DNA from: a virus | DNA: 64,000 nucleotides | Virus record (IMG/VR): IMGVR_UViG_3300018026_000007 | Location: 10,897-74,896 of that record | Direction: 5' to 3' (one strand) | Shown: one piece after another, positions 1 to 11,776 of the stretch | Numbering within the stretch: the first letter of the stretch is position 1 | Layout of the letters: each line of letters opens with the position of its first letter | Program-made: the position numbers and the translations under genes | Notes under the pieces: generated by a model | Told to the model about the DNA's origin: nothing | The model's input: the letters and a program-made list of their open reading frames with translations, nothing else | Databases searched by the model: none

Positions 1-205
1 TGGTATTGAGCGGTTGGTCGGCAAAGTAGTCGGAACCGCATTGAATCAATCGAAACGGGGCGACTAAAATGCGAGATCGAATTTTGCTGTGGGTGTTGGT
101 GGCTATCATCGTCGGCCAGGCTTGGATGTATAGACAGCAGAGCAAAGTTGTCGCATACCAGCGGGCAGTAATTGTCGTGTTGGCGCGCGACCTGGGATTG
201 ATCCA

Positions 206-388
206 ATGACAAACACAGAATTTGAAAAGCTGATTCGAAGCACACTAGATCAATGCGATCTAGCCGATCTGGCCGACTTCTTGGGAGTTAGCAAGCCGAC
301 CATAGAGCGATGGAGCCGAGGGCAGAATCTGCTGTGCATGAGCCTGCGGGTTCCAATTGTCGCAGCAATAGGGGTGTTTCTGCTATGA
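206..388 (+). CDS. Small XRE-like helix-turn-helix protein
   Basis: LADFLGVSKPTIERWSRG fits an HTH recognition helix; ATGA coupling to the next ORF (385). Confidence 0.6.
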   Translation: MTNTEFEKLIRSTLDQCDLADLADFLGVSKPTIERWSRGQNLLCMSLRVPIVAAIGVFLL

Positions 389-1920
389 CTTGGCAAGCAC
401 TGACAATCGCGATGGTTGGCTTGGGCGCGGGACTCTGCCTGGGCGTTTATCTCGGCATCTGGCTAGAGACCTGGGCATTAGTCACCAAGTTGAAAGACGC
501 TGATCGGCTAGATGATTTCCTGGACATCTTGGATTCGATAAAGGACAAGTGATGACGATTCAAATTACCGATGGGCCAAGTTTACTGGACCCGCTTGGGA
601 TCGCTCCAATTCATGTGTTAGGGGCCCTGCCTGGCAATCGGCGAGTAGTTGTGCTGACCGCTAGGACGTGGCGAGTCCGACTGGCCATCTGGTTGTTGCG
701 GGCGTATGTTAATACGGCAATTGCGAGCGCAAAGTGAGTACAAGCGCATATCTGCGCGGGGTGCCGCCAGGAATAGAAATCTGGGAGCGCATTGGCTTTC
801 GCGGACAAGAAGCCGTTTCATGGGAACAATCATTCGACCTTGGCAACCTGGACAGCGACTGAGTACAACGATGCCTGTCTACGTGGGCAGCAGAATCGAT
901 TGGAGAATCCGCCAGTCGAAGACGCGATCTACCTTGCTCGGGTAGCATGGTGTCATCTTCTGCAGTATGGCTTTCCGATACAGTCTGGCGCGCCACGAAC
1001 GGCTGCGCTCGGAGGGGCGGATGGACACGCAACACGAACTGAGCATTCTGACTAATGACGGCTGGGTGATTACGCTTCTTGCGGACCAGCCGCTGAGTTT
1101 CGACGACGCCGTGATATCGTCCATAATTGTCCAGCCGAAGGAAGACTATGCCAAAGGACTCGGGCAGCGTGGCTTTGGACGGCAACGCAGGATGTACCGA
1201 CTGAACCGCAGGGGCGTGGTGGTCTACCAGGATGGAGACGAAATATCGCTGTGAACGCGGCGCGCGGTCGGCACTTCAGATGGGCTGCAGGGCTATTCCA
1301 GATGTGCATCATTCCAAACAACAAACGGGGGGCAACAGTGATCTTTCAGTCCTGCCCGCGATCCAGTAGAGAGAAGGGAGACATACAGACAATGGTAGAG
1401 AAGATATGGGATGACGATCTTACAGCGGCAGAACGAACGCTATTGTTGCTGGCCGCGTATAAAGGCGAAGCTCGCCGTCTTCAAGGTTATGAGGCAGGAG
1501 TATTGTGGTATCGGCTGCCGTCCGATCTTCGGCGAGCTTTGCGAAACGTGAACTGGGCCATGGTGCTGGATCGCAACGTCGGATGACTGCGACCCTCGCG
1601 TCGGGTGATTGCGCTCGTCAAATCACGCTGGGGTTCCTCGACGGCAGTCGGTGACAGGTAGGTAGATTTTACGCGAATCGAGTGACGGCAGTTCGGCACT
1701 TCGCGAGCCAAATTTTGGTTGGTGCCGACATTTCGGCACTTCCAAATATGGAATATTCTATGATTTTGCGGATTTGATACAATTTCCCATATATTTGATT
1801 CGAAAGGGAACAACCATGACAGTCTGCAGACAGCCAGTCGAGAAGTTGCAGTTGATTCGAGTCGGCACGAAGGTGTATTTGTGCCGCGGCTGCGGTCAGA
1901 AGATCGTGCGCATCCGCTAA
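385..1920 (+). CDS. Cluster of small hypothetical ORFs (385-552, 552-737, 1021-1254, 1392-1586, 1816-1920)
   Basis: Stop/start overlaps and SD-like sequences; 1816-1920 (MTVCRQ...YLCRGCGQKIVRIR, 34 aa, AAGGGA SD) is not in the ORF track. Confidence 0.5.
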
Positions 1921-2265
1921 GTCCAACACCGCCATTACATTATTCGGAATCAGTATTTTGGCATAGTCGCGGCGTGTGTGCTAAGTCGTTTGGATTGATG
2001 CGATGCGCACGCCGCCCGCGCCTGGGCTCGTGATTGGAATGCGATTACTCTGCGCGCCCCGCGCGTCCTGTTGATAACACAAGAGTTAAAAGTATTCTGC
2101 GCGTTTGGCACGCGACGTGTTGTGGTCATCGGCGTGCGGGGCAGCAAGTAGGGGTCCCTTTGAAAACTGATTTTGTAACTTTTCTACCCCGTCAACGTCT
2201 CCTGCTACGCAGAGCTTGATTACCCCCCTATGACTTGTTCCGTTAATGTTGGTTACACATTTTCC

Positions 2266-2294
2266 TTGACAAATAAAACGGGTTCTGGCAATAT
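2266..2294 (+). promoter_or_regulatory. Sigma70-type promoter
   Basis: TTGACA-17-CAATAT. Confidence 0.6.
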
Positions 2295-2309
2295 GGGTCC
2301 CATAAGCCG

Positions 2310-3683
2310 ATGAGTACTATAGCCAGAGAAATTACCCCAGGTCTCCAAAACCCCGACATGCCTCCAGGTATGCGTAAGACCCGTGTTCTACAGCCTGCGC
2401 CAAATTATATGAGGCCGAATGGGTATGAGATTAAGGATTTGACTGGCATGGTGTTTGGTCGGCTTACGGCACTCAGATATGAGGGGCGAAGTGATAACGG
2501 CAAAGCTCTTTGGATTTGTCGGTGCTCGTGTGATGGGAACGAGCGCGCGTACCTGGGTCTTCGGATTCGTTCTGGTCATACTACCAGTTGCGGGTGCTAT
2601 CGGCAAGAAGTGATGAGAATACGGCAACAAACTCAAGCGGAAATTGGGGCATTAGCAAGAGCCCGCAAGGCAGTCGCGAAATCCAACCAGCCCCTGCTCC
2701 GAAATCCCGTCGCAATTTATGAATTGACTGATCCCCGAGGGTTGCCGTGGGTTTATGTAGGGGCGTCGGAACATCCCGTCTCTCGGTACAGCAGTCACTG
2801 CACGTCTTCGTCGGCGACGAATTTGAAGATGCAGCGGTGGATTACTGAACTACGAGAGGCGGATTTGAGACCTAATTTTCGGGTTCGGGGTTGGGTGGAG
2901 CGAGAGGCTGCAGGTGATATGGAGTTGCAGGCGATTGCAGAAGCGCGCAGGCAGTTCAAACGCTATTGTCTTAACACAAAGAGAAGTCCTGCATACGGTC
3001 GTGTTCATGAATCAAAGGAGGCACCAAAATCCCCAAAGCCTACATATGGTGTTTGTCGGACAATGGAATGTATCCAGGTAGCTACACATAGCACAGGCTG
3101 GTGCGACTCCTGTTATCGTCTGCGCGAAGCCGTGCGGGATGAAGCGAAAAGACAGGCAGGAAATCCGACCATTGCTCCGCGCGGTAAGGGGACAGGGCTA
3201 TGTCATGATTGTCGGGACCCTATTCCCTTTAATACAAGCCGCTGCGTGAATTGTCGTCGGGATATGGGGGTCCTCGTCTGCCGACCATGCGGGATATGCG
3301 GGCGAGATTTCAAACCATATAGTACACACCCTAATGAAGTATGCTCGGACGCCTGCCGTGAACAACGGAAGAACCCGCTAGGTTTGACGATCCAAGAACG
3401 GCGAAGGATCGGCGCAAAGAAAGCAGCAAAAACTCAGAAAGCCCGAGGTAGTGGTCTCTATAGTCTGTCCTCCGAACAGCGGTCAGCTAATGCAATTAAA
3501 GCAATAGAACACCAAAGAGAGACTGGTACTGGTTTTTTCGGGCATACAAAAGAACAAAAGGCTGTTTTCGGAAGAAAGGGAGGCATGAGCCGTCAAGCAT
3601 CAATGACGCCCGAGCAAAGGAAATATCTATCACAAAAAGCTCGTGCCTCTCAAATCCATCATTGCAACCAATACTCTACTTAA
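2310..3683 (+). CDS. Multidomain GIY-YIG homing-type endonuclease
   Basis: N-terminal DLTG-FGRLT..WICRCSC..TSCGC module; AIYELTDP..YVGAS..RYSSH GIY-YIG core; several CxxC pairs; basic repetitive C-terminus. Confidence 0.7.
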   Translation: MSTIAREITPGLQNPDMPPGMRKTRVLQPAPNYMRPNGYEIKDLTGMVFGRLTALRYEGRSDNGKALWICRCSCDGNERAYLGLRIRSGHTTSCGCYRQEVMRIRQQTQAEIGALARARKAVAKSNQPLLRNPVAIYELTDPRGLPWVYVGASEHPVSRYSSHCTSSSATNLKMQRWITELREADLRPNFRVRGWVEREAAGDMELQAIAEARRQFKRYCLNTKRSPAYGRVHESKEAPKSPKPTYGVCRTMECIQVATHSTGWCDSCYRLREAVRDEAKRQAGNPTIAPRGKGTGLCHDCRDPIPFNTSRCVNCRRDMGVLVCRPCGICGRDFKPYSTHPNEVCSDACREQRKNPLGLTIQERRRIGAKKAAKTQKARGSGLYSLSSEQRSANAIKAIEHQRETGTGFFGHTKEQKAVFGRKGGMSRQASMTPEQRKYLSQKARASQIHHCNQYST

Positions 3684-3701
3684 TGTCTGTTACGAATTTC
3701 C

Positions 3702-3730
3702 TTGACAAGTTTTCCCGACTCTGGTAATCT
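3702..3730 (+). promoter_or_regulatory. Sigma70-type promoter, probably giving a leaderless mRNA
   Basis: TTGACA-17-TAATCT, ATG 6 nt downstream (3737). Confidence 0.65.
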
Positions 3731-3736
3731 CCGCAT

Positions 3737-6700
3737 ATGCTATTTCACCGATGCGACCGACTGTTCTACACGCGGCAGCAAGCGGCGTATCATTTGCATG
3801 CGTTGCATCCTCTGCAGTGTATCAGCGGCTGGCGCGCCGCCACCGAGAAAGAGTACGCTCAGGCACCAGAGCAAGCACTAGAAACCCCGAGTACCTTGGG
3901 GAAGCCTACTACAGAGGAGAAATCGTAATGGGTGACGGATTACAGCGCGCATGGGCCGCGACGCATGGCGTCAAGATCGGCCAGCTTTGGCAGGACAACG
4001 ATCCTCGGTACAAGAAGGTTCGAACCCTACGAATCGATGAACTGTGGGTGAATAGTCGCGGAGAGCTTCGAGCCCGCTGCCATGTCTTGGAAACGGGCCG
4101 CGCGGCATTCATTGCTGTCCGCCGATTCAAGCCGACTAGCACGGGGTATCGTCTCGTGAAGGAAGCCCCGCCGTTGTGGCCTCTGGTCGAAGAGACGCTC
4201 CCGAAGGTATTCTAGACGAGTTACTGGGTTCGAATCCCAGCAATGTGGAGCCCCAGCATTGATGACCCAACTGGTGGTTGGGCGCGGCGGTTTGAGTCCG
4301 CCAGGGGCATAAAATTTCAGGAGGTGTCGTAATGGCACAATGGTCTGAAACACGAATCCAAGCGGAGAAGGCTCTGAAGGCAGAGTCCCAGAAGAAACGG
4401 CTGGCATTGATTCTCGCCGAGCGCGCCAAGTTGTTCAAACAATTTCGGGACGGCGGCTGGCAGATCAAGGTATTGAATCCCATCATGCGAGAGTTTGCAG
4501 TCCTGCCCGATGACTTTCCGACAGATGATCCCGACTATCTGGTCAAGATGCCAGGGGCCCATCCCATGCGTATCAGGACCGAAGCCCAGCTTCGTCGGCC
4601 GGTGAAAGGGGTGGTGGCGTGATAGACTACGACAAGACCGCACTTGAGCGGGCAGCCGCCAAGCGGACGCAAAAGAATCTGACCAGGGTTTTGAACTCAT
4701 TCCTGGGCGGCTTCAAGTACTCGCCCGCGACTCAATCCCATCCAGACGGCCCGACCAGCACTCGGGGCGAACGGCGGCGCGCGAAGTTGGGGCGAACATG
4801 AAGTGGCAAGCGATGGTTCAACCAATCGGCATATTTCAGGTTCTCGTATTGGTGATTCGGGGCGGCGCATGGGTTTACGAGTACCAACCGATGATGCTGT
4901 ACCGCGCCGTCAACGTGCTGGTGAAGGCATGAAGATCGTCGGCATCATGATTGCGCTGGCTCTGTTCGCCGAACTGGCTGGTGAGATCGGCGGCGACTGG
5001 GCGGCGATGGCTGCTCTGTTGTTCGGGGCTGGGATTATTTCCTGGCTCCGCATTCGAAGGGACTCAAGGTGGGGACGATGAGAGAACTGATTGACATCCT
5101 GACGAGCTACGAAGGCGCACTGCAGGACGTTGAAGAAGATCGCTCGGACGAGAATCTCGAAGCTCTGAAGAACGCTCGCGCCGAGTTGTTGGAAGTTCTG
5201 CAGGTCGCCCGCGAGTGGGAGAAGGCAAAATCATGAAATCTATTCCAATTGCGGCAGCAAAACAGATCGCAGAACGCTATGGATACGACCAGGTGATTAT
5301 CATCGCCCGCGCTGTCGGCCAGGGCGAGCATGTTACGACGTACGGCAAAGACAAAGCCAACTGCGACGTGGCAGCCCGCATCGGTGATTTCCTGAAATAC
5401 AAAGTCATGGGTTGGGTGAAAGACCATTAGAGAGGAATCATGAGCACTGTTCTAAAACCTTGGGTCGAAAACATTCCGTGGAAGCAACAGTCCATTCTGT
5501 TCTCGGGGCTGCGCGGACCCGACAATCAATTCTGCAAGCACATCAAAGCGGTCGGACGCTGGATGCGCTCAGTCTCACAAAACAACGCCGACCCGTCGAA
5601 AGACTACATGCGGAACGATCCGCTGCCGATATTCGCCGACTTGGACAAGGAACTGGAAAACCAGCCCGCGCATTTCGTCCACCACTTCGCCAGCGCCCTG
5701 CGCGTGATTGCAATTCATCATCCTCAACTCAAAGTACGATCCTATGCTCAGTCGATTCACGACCAGATCGCTATCGAGTTGTTTCACTTCAAACCAGAAT
5801 CTGATTCTGAGTTTTTGTATCGGCACCGAGACAAAGTCGAGCACGACTAGGAGGAACCATGGAGCGAGCAGTCTACAACGAAGAACTCGGGCAGTGGCAC
5901 CGCGAAGGCGAGCATCCGTTTGAGGGCGTGACGGCGACTTCGTATCCCGAAGCATTCGAGAAATTGTTCGGGCATCCCGTGCCAATCCCGCCGCCCGTGC
6001 GGGAGCCGCGCAGAAGTCAGGAGGCGTTATGACATCCGAAGAAATCCGAAACATGCACATGGATAATGTGTCAGACGATGGGTTTGAAATAGGTCTAAGG
6101 CTGCAAGAAATCGCATACCAGCTTGCTCTACTCAACGAGACCATCCTACCAATTCTGCAGGAAGAGGCCGCTCAAACTAAGAAGTGGCGAGCCGACCAAG
6201 CTGCCTTCATGAATCGAGACCGAAAATGAAAACCGCAATCTACATCGAAGATGGGCGCACACAATTTGTGTTGACGCCCGAGACCGAGATCGACAAGAAG
6301 GTGCTCACCGAACTTGAGAGCACAAAACTCAAAACGTATCGCGGTCAGTTCTATTCCTGCAAGGGCGGCTGGACCCGATGGGATAATTCGTTCGGGGTGA
6401 ACATCGTCGGGCATGATACAAACATTGACCACAGTCTGATCTTCGTGATTGACAAAGAAACCCCAGGGGCAGAACAGTCATGAGCCGCTTCGAGCAAGTG
6501 TTGGATGAAGCTGCTGAAAAAGTCGCGTTGATGAAAGAAGTTCGATCACTGACGCCAGAGCAAATCAGGCGAGCTACCGAGATTTTGCGCCTGTTGAAAG
6601 CGGGACGGCACGTCATCTCGCATGCGCCGAATCACGCGGCCTGGTGCCCCGTCAGCAATGGATGTTGTGAATGCGGATTGGAGAATGTATGATTCAAGAA

Positions 6701-8528
6701 ACTTTCGGCATGCTGTTGCGCAATCGCGCGCACTGGGAATTCGAACTGTTCCTGATGCTGCTGTTCGATGGACTGATCGCGGGGATACTCATCCCGCTCG
6801 GCCACAAGCACTGGAAGCATCATCTTGCCCGCGACGAGCGCGAACGCTGGGCGGGTATAGGGTTATCACATGTTCAAGACCAGATTGCAGCCGAACAAAA
6901 TGGCGTCGATCCATTGCCGCCGCTTTGGTCGATGGCGTATCCCAGCCACGTCGCAATCCCAGAGTGTGGCGAGGCGCAAACTCGCGTAGGTTGGTGGTGT
7001 ACTCGGGAGATTGGACACGAAGGACCCTGCGCGGCTATCTCGTTTTTGGATTGGGCGGCGCGGAACGGAAGAAACCCCGCCCCCGAGATTTGTACTGGCT
7101 GCCATGGCACATTCGCATCGGTGTCGGAGTACATCGAGCGTTGTACTGGTTGCGGCCAGGTTCGACAAATGTCGCTGGACGGGACATGGTTCTACTGGGG
7201 TGGTGAAAACCCCGCAAAAAACCATGACGAAACCCTGACCCCGTCCTGAAATCGCATTACAGGTTTTTGACTTTTTATTCTAAAGGTAGGAGCACTCACA
7301 TGAGCATGTGGCAGAAGTTCATCCGCTGGTGGAACTGCGAAGACGAGATAGACCTATTGCTGTCGCAGTACGTCCAAGCCCAGCGAAATTTCAACCAGAG
7401 CCAGTTTTTGCTTGAGTCCGCGCCGATGATTGATGCGCCGCTGAGTCCAGTGGATGCGTGTTCGCGATTTGCAGCCATCCGATCCAAGTACGGGTTTATT
7501 CATCCCGCGACAATGAGCAAATACATGGGCTGGATATCGAGAGACGATCATGCCATTTTTCCTGGATCGCCAACCAAGTGGCTCTTGACACCGCTGATGC
7601 CAGAGAATCGGATTCTGATGACACCCATGCCGATGCCGTTTCTGAACGCGGCGAAGAAGTAGCCATGATCGGAACCGACATACTGCAGTGGCGGGGCCCC
7701 ATTACCGTGAGTCGGCGCGCCGATTCTGATGCGATCCCGACGTTACATGAAGTCGATATGCCGTCGAATTGGTTCTACTGGGAACGTCTGATTTTAATTG
7801 AGGCGTTAGAGCGGTGGTTGGAGTCGCTGGAGGCTATCCTATGAGCATCCCACGAATCTTTGTTACTGGCACTCGATTTCGGATCACAGAGCACCCAGGA
7901 TATCTCAAAGCGCATCTCAATGGCTGGATGGGCTGGACTTCAGTCTGGGCAACGACAGGCGAAGCCCTGGTGCGACGCATCAAGCAGATCAGGAGTGGCG
8001 GCCAATGAAAATCAAGAAATACGGCATCGTCATTTTGACGGAAGGTCCCGTGCGCATCGAAGGCTGGCAGGTGGAGTCCGAGCCGAGCGACCCGCCCGAT
8101 GCAAAACCTGAGCAACTACTGACTGCGCTTGCCATCGATTGGGCGAAAGCGCGATTGACGGCGGCAACCAACCAAGCGATTCAAGACGCGGTGAAAGAAC
8201 GCCATCGCCAAATACTGGCGGGCTCGATGCCGAAGCTAGTGCAATGAAGTACATCATTCGGCTGAATCCGCGCGCGTTCAATCCGCTCACGCGGAAGGTC
8301 ATCGCCGAGCGATTGTGGGAAGTCGAGCAGTGCGCGACGCGAGATAGCGAGAAAGTGATTTGGCACTGCGCGGACATTCGAATTAACTTGACACCGATCC
8401 GCGAGTTGTATACACTACCGAAACCAGGTGAAAAAGTTTGGGAGTGGGAAGGCTTCGGGATTTGCGTTCGCGGGCAAGACAATGCCGTGGAGATCAAGAC
8501 AGGACCCCACGATGCGTCAGGAAACTAG
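3737..8528 (+). CDS. Operon of about 19 small hypothetical phage ORFs (3737-3928, 3928-4215, 4332-4622, 4619-4801, 4798-4932, 4929-5081, 5078-5236, 5233-5430, 5440-5850, 5859-6032, 6029-6229, 6226-6483, 6480-6692, 6689-7249, 7300-7662, 7666-7844, 7841-8008, 8005-8247, 8244-8528)
   Basis: Near-continuous tiling with ATGA/GTGA overlaps and GGAG SD motifs. Confidence 0.65.
4170..4309 (+). ncRNA. Two tandem degenerate tRNA-like elements
   Basis: T-arms CTGGG-TTCGAAT-CCCAG (4224-4240) and GGCGG-TTTGAGT-CCGCC (4286-4302), each with a partial acceptor stem; no canonical anticodon arm. Confidence 0.4.
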
Positions 8529-8537
8529 GAGAAGATT

Positions 8538-9299
8538 ATGAAACGGCTTCTGGCAATGATCGCGGCTCTTCTGTTTGCCATCAACTCTTTTGCGGCAGGT
8601 CCGATGCGACCGCCCAAGGGATTCGCGGGCCAGGTATACGCGGGCACATTCGTTCTGTACGATGAGTACGAAAATAAGCTCCAGATGCTCTGCACCGCCG
8701 CCGCGTACGAATCGACCCCAGGCGGATATCATTTGCTGACCGCAGGCCATTGCATTCAGGAGACGCCAGCCGAAGTTGCGCTCTTTGTTTCCGAAGAAAT
8801 CGGCGGCACCCTCATGCCAGTAACTGTTGTGAAATCCTTCGTGGGAAATGGCATCGACTTTGCGACTCTCGAACTGCGAACCCCAAGGAAGTATCCTGTG
8901 TTCTCGCTCGGGGACGAAAGGGATTTGAGAATTGGCGACGCCACGCTGATGGTAGCCTTCTCGGAAGGTGTTGTGAAACAGTTTGGATACGGTACAGTTG
9001 CGTCTGAACCATTCGTTGAATCTCCCGAGTGCAATGTTGATTGCAGCGGTGACCTCTTTGTTCAAACCTATGGATCGGGCGGGGCGTCTGGGGCGCTCAT
9101 CTTTTCAGCCAAGACCCATAAAGTTGTGGGGATATTCCGAGCGATGTTCACCAGTCGTGTTGGCACTACAGGCGCGGTAGTTGAGCCGATTTCAAAGTTT
9201 ACGACCTTTCGCGGTCTGCCAGGGCAGACACGACCGTCGATGAGCGACCTACGCGACCCCGAAGATGATGATCCCGCAGTCACGGAGCCAAAGAAGTAG
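8538..9299 (+). CDS. Secreted trypsin-like serine protease
   Basis: Sec signal MKRLLAMIAALLFAINSFA; LLTAGHC (His), DFATL (Asp), GGASG (Ser). Confidence 0.8.
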   Translation: MKRLLAMIAALLFAINSFAAGPMRPPKGFAGQVYAGTFVLYDEYENKLQMLCTAAAYESTPGGYHLLTAGHCIQETPAEVALFVSEEIGGTLMPVTVVKSFVGNGIDFATLELRTPRKYPVFSLGDERDLRIGDATLMVAFSEGVVKQFGYGTVASEPFVESPECNVDCSGDLFVQTYGSGGASGALIFSAKTHKVVGIFRAMFTSRVGTTGAVVEPISKFTTFRGLPGQTRPSMSDLRDPEDDDPAVTEPKK

Positions 9300-9301
9300 C
9301 C

Positions 9302-9882
9302 ATGGTGTTACTCGACAAAAACCAGACGCTCCAGCCGCCCGAAGGGTATACACTGCGAGCCGTAGCGGCGGACGGCGCGTATTTAAGAGCGACGTATGAC
9401 AAAACGCTGCGACCTCACGTTGTCTCCAAAGTGGTCGTCTACCTAAACGATCAGGGTCGAGAAGTGGCGCGCTCGATTGACGAAACGGACTATTCGGCGT
9501 TCGCGCCCAAACCCGAGCCGCCACCTGCGCCGCGTCGGTTCAGATTTCGCAACGGATTTCTAATCGCCCTCCAGGGCTTACAGGAGATGTTGAAATGTCT
9601 AAGCAAGTCGTGAGTCAACGCATGAAGCAAACCTGCGACGGCTGCGGGTCATCGAAAGAATGGGAGTTGGTAGGTGCCGATGCCGACCCGAATATTCTGG
9701 CCGAAATGCAATGCTGGTTTGTCGTCGCTCGTAAGATCGTGAACGATAGAGGCGAGATGGTGGCTTTGAGTGCCGATGCGTGTTCCGTGGCTTGCGTTTC
9801 AACGATTGCGGAAAAGCTCATGAAGCTGCCAGAGTCCGAACCTGCGGACAAGATCGACCTGGCGTCTTTGCGCATCAACTAA
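9302..9882 (+). CDS. Two hypothetical proteins (9302-9613; 9595-9882 with CDGC..CSVAC zinc-binding pattern)
   Basis: ORF tiling and Cys pattern. Confidence 0.55.
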
Positions 9883-9905
9883 CTTTTCGGTCGGAGCGAA
9901 CGGAA

Positions 9906-11504
9906 ATGAGCAAACTGATTCGACATGGCGCGGACGCTCGTGAAGCTCTCTTGCGCGGCGTTGATTTTCTCGCGGATGCGGTGAAGATCACCGAAGGTCC
10001 CCGAGGGCGAAATTGCATTCTGGGGCAGCGGGCCCTGGGTCAATCCCCGAAGGTCACGCGCGATGGTGTGACCGTCTCCAATTACGCCGACCCATCTGAC
10101 CCGACCGAACAACTCGGTGCCGACCTTATCCGCGAAGCCGCACAGAAGACCGATAACGCGGTAGGCGACGGCACCACGGCATCTATCGTCCTGGCTCAGT
10201 CCATGATTCACGCGGGATTCGACCTGATCGCAAAAGGAGCGAACCCGATGGCGATGGAGCGCGGCATCCACAAAGCCACCGATGCAGTAATCAAACGACT
10301 CTGCGACATGTCCGTTCCCGTCGCAGGGGTAAAGGTCTTCCAGGTCGCCACGGTCTCGGCTCATGGGGACACGGAAATCGGTCGTCTTGTTGCAGACGCG
10401 GTCTACAAGGCAGGCAAAGAGGGGGTAGTCACCGCCGAGCCGTCATCGACATCGGAAACCTACGTGGAAACCGTCGTCGGGCTCGAACTTGAAAAATCCA
10501 ATCTCATCTCGACGGCATTCATCACGCACCCCGAAGACATGAAGGCGGAACTGCACGATTGTCGCATTCTCCTGTGGGAAGGGGTGATTGCCACGGCGAA
10601 ATCCGTTGTGCCGCTGTTAAAGCAGGTGAACGACGCGGGCGGTGCGAGTCCTCTTTTGATTATTGCAGGCGGATACGAAGCGGAAGCTCTCGCCTGTATC
10701 ATCAAGAACAAGACCGCCCTCGCGCTGCCACTTATCGCTGTCCGCATGGAAGCATACGGCGAACGGCGAAAGGAATTGATGCGCGATATCGCGGCGTTGA
10801 CGGGCGGTAAGGCATATACCGAGGACCTGGGTCTGAAGATCGAGAGCATCAAGCTCGCCGAACTCGGCCAGGCACGCAAGGTCATCACGAATATGTCCAA
10901 GACTCAAATCATCGAAGGCCGAGGCAACCAGACTGAATTGATGGGGCGTTTGAACCTCATCACCACGGCTCTGGAAACTGCCGCGCCGATGGAAAAAACG
11001 ATTCTGCGCAAGCGATACGCCGCGCTGGTTGGTGGCATCACGGTCATCAAAGTTGGCGGGGTCACCGTGACCGAGATGGAAGAAAAGAAAGACCGTGTCG
11101 TGGATGCGATGTCTGCAGCAAAGGCAGCAGTTGAGTCGGGCATTGTTTCTGGCGGCGGAATTGCACTACTGCATGCGTCGGGGGTTATCGCGGCGTTGAA
11201 ACTTCCCGCCGAAGAGCGCGCAGGGCTTGAAGTTGTTTACACCGCCTGCCGCGCCGTTGCACGCCAGATTGCCGAGAACGCGGGAATCGATGCCGATGGT
11301 TTGATGAATCAACTGATGGCGACTCCCGATCTTGGCTATAATGCGCTGACAGGTGAATTCGAAAATCTCATCGACTCAGGCATCATCGACCCCTTGGCTG
11401 TTGTCATCGAGTCCCTGAAAAACGCAGCCGCAGTTTCCTGCAGTATCCTGACCATGGGCGCAACCGTGGCAGAGAAAGTGACGGAGAGAATCGCCAATGT
11501 CTAA
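9906..11504 (+). CDS. groEL: Phage-encoded chaperonin GroEL (532 aa)
   Basis: GPRGRN, VTRDGVTV, GDGTT, EKKDRVVDA, GIIDP motifs; start at MSKLIRHG. Confidence 0.95.
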   Translation: MSKLIRHGADAREALLRGVDFLADAVKITEGPRGRNCILGQRALGQSPKVTRDGVTVSNYADPSDPTEQLGADLIREAAQKTDNAVGDGTTASIVLAQSMIHAGFDLIAKGANPMAMERGIHKATDAVIKRLCDMSVPVAGVKVFQVATVSAHGDTEIGRLVADAVYKAGKEGVVTAEPSSTSETYVETVVGLELEKSNLISTAFITHPEDMKAELHDCRILLWEGVIATAKSVVPLLKQVNDAGGASPLLIIAGGYEAEALACIIKNKTALALPLIAVRMEAYGERRKELMRDIAALTGGKAYTEDLGLKIESIKLAELGQARKVITNMSKTQIIEGRGNQTELMGRLNLITTALETAAPMEKTILRKRYAALVGGITVIKVGGVTVTEMEEKKDRVVDAMSAAKAAVESGIVSGGGIALLHASGVIAALKLPAEERAGLEVVYTACRAVARQIAENAGIDADGLMNQLMATPDLGYNALTGEFENLIDSGIIDPLAVVIESLKNAAAVSCSILTMGATVAEKVTERIANV

Positions 11505-11775
11505 GACCTATCTGGAACCCGCAGGGGATCATTTGCTTGTCGCGGACAGCCCGCGAGAGACAACGCTGGACGGCATTACTCTGCCCGACAATGTGCGCCA
11601 GCAAGAGATGGTGTTCGGTACTGTGGTATTCGTGGGACCCCAAGCTGTCGCCACTAAACCAGAAGACCGCATCTGCTACGGCCCGTATGCGGGCAAGACA
11701 GTGGCAATTGACGGCATGGAGTTTCGCCTTCTGCGCGAAGGCCAGATCGAAGGATACATCCGAAAGACCGACTAA
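11497..11775 (+). CDS. groES: Co-chaperonin GroES
   Basis: LEPAGDHLLV, mobile loop GITLPD, GTVVFVGP, YAG, LLREGQI. Confidence 0.9.
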   Translation: MSKTYLEPAGDHLLVADSPRETTLDGITLPDNVRQQEMVFGTVVFVGPQAVATKPEDRICYGPYAGKTVAIDGMEFRLLREGQIEGYIRKTD

Positions 11776-11776
11776 C

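Noticed and set aside
9780-9905. ORF-track N-terminal extensions (also 11537, 43106, 30407)
   Set aside because: They overlap upstream genes; family motifs and SDs support later starts
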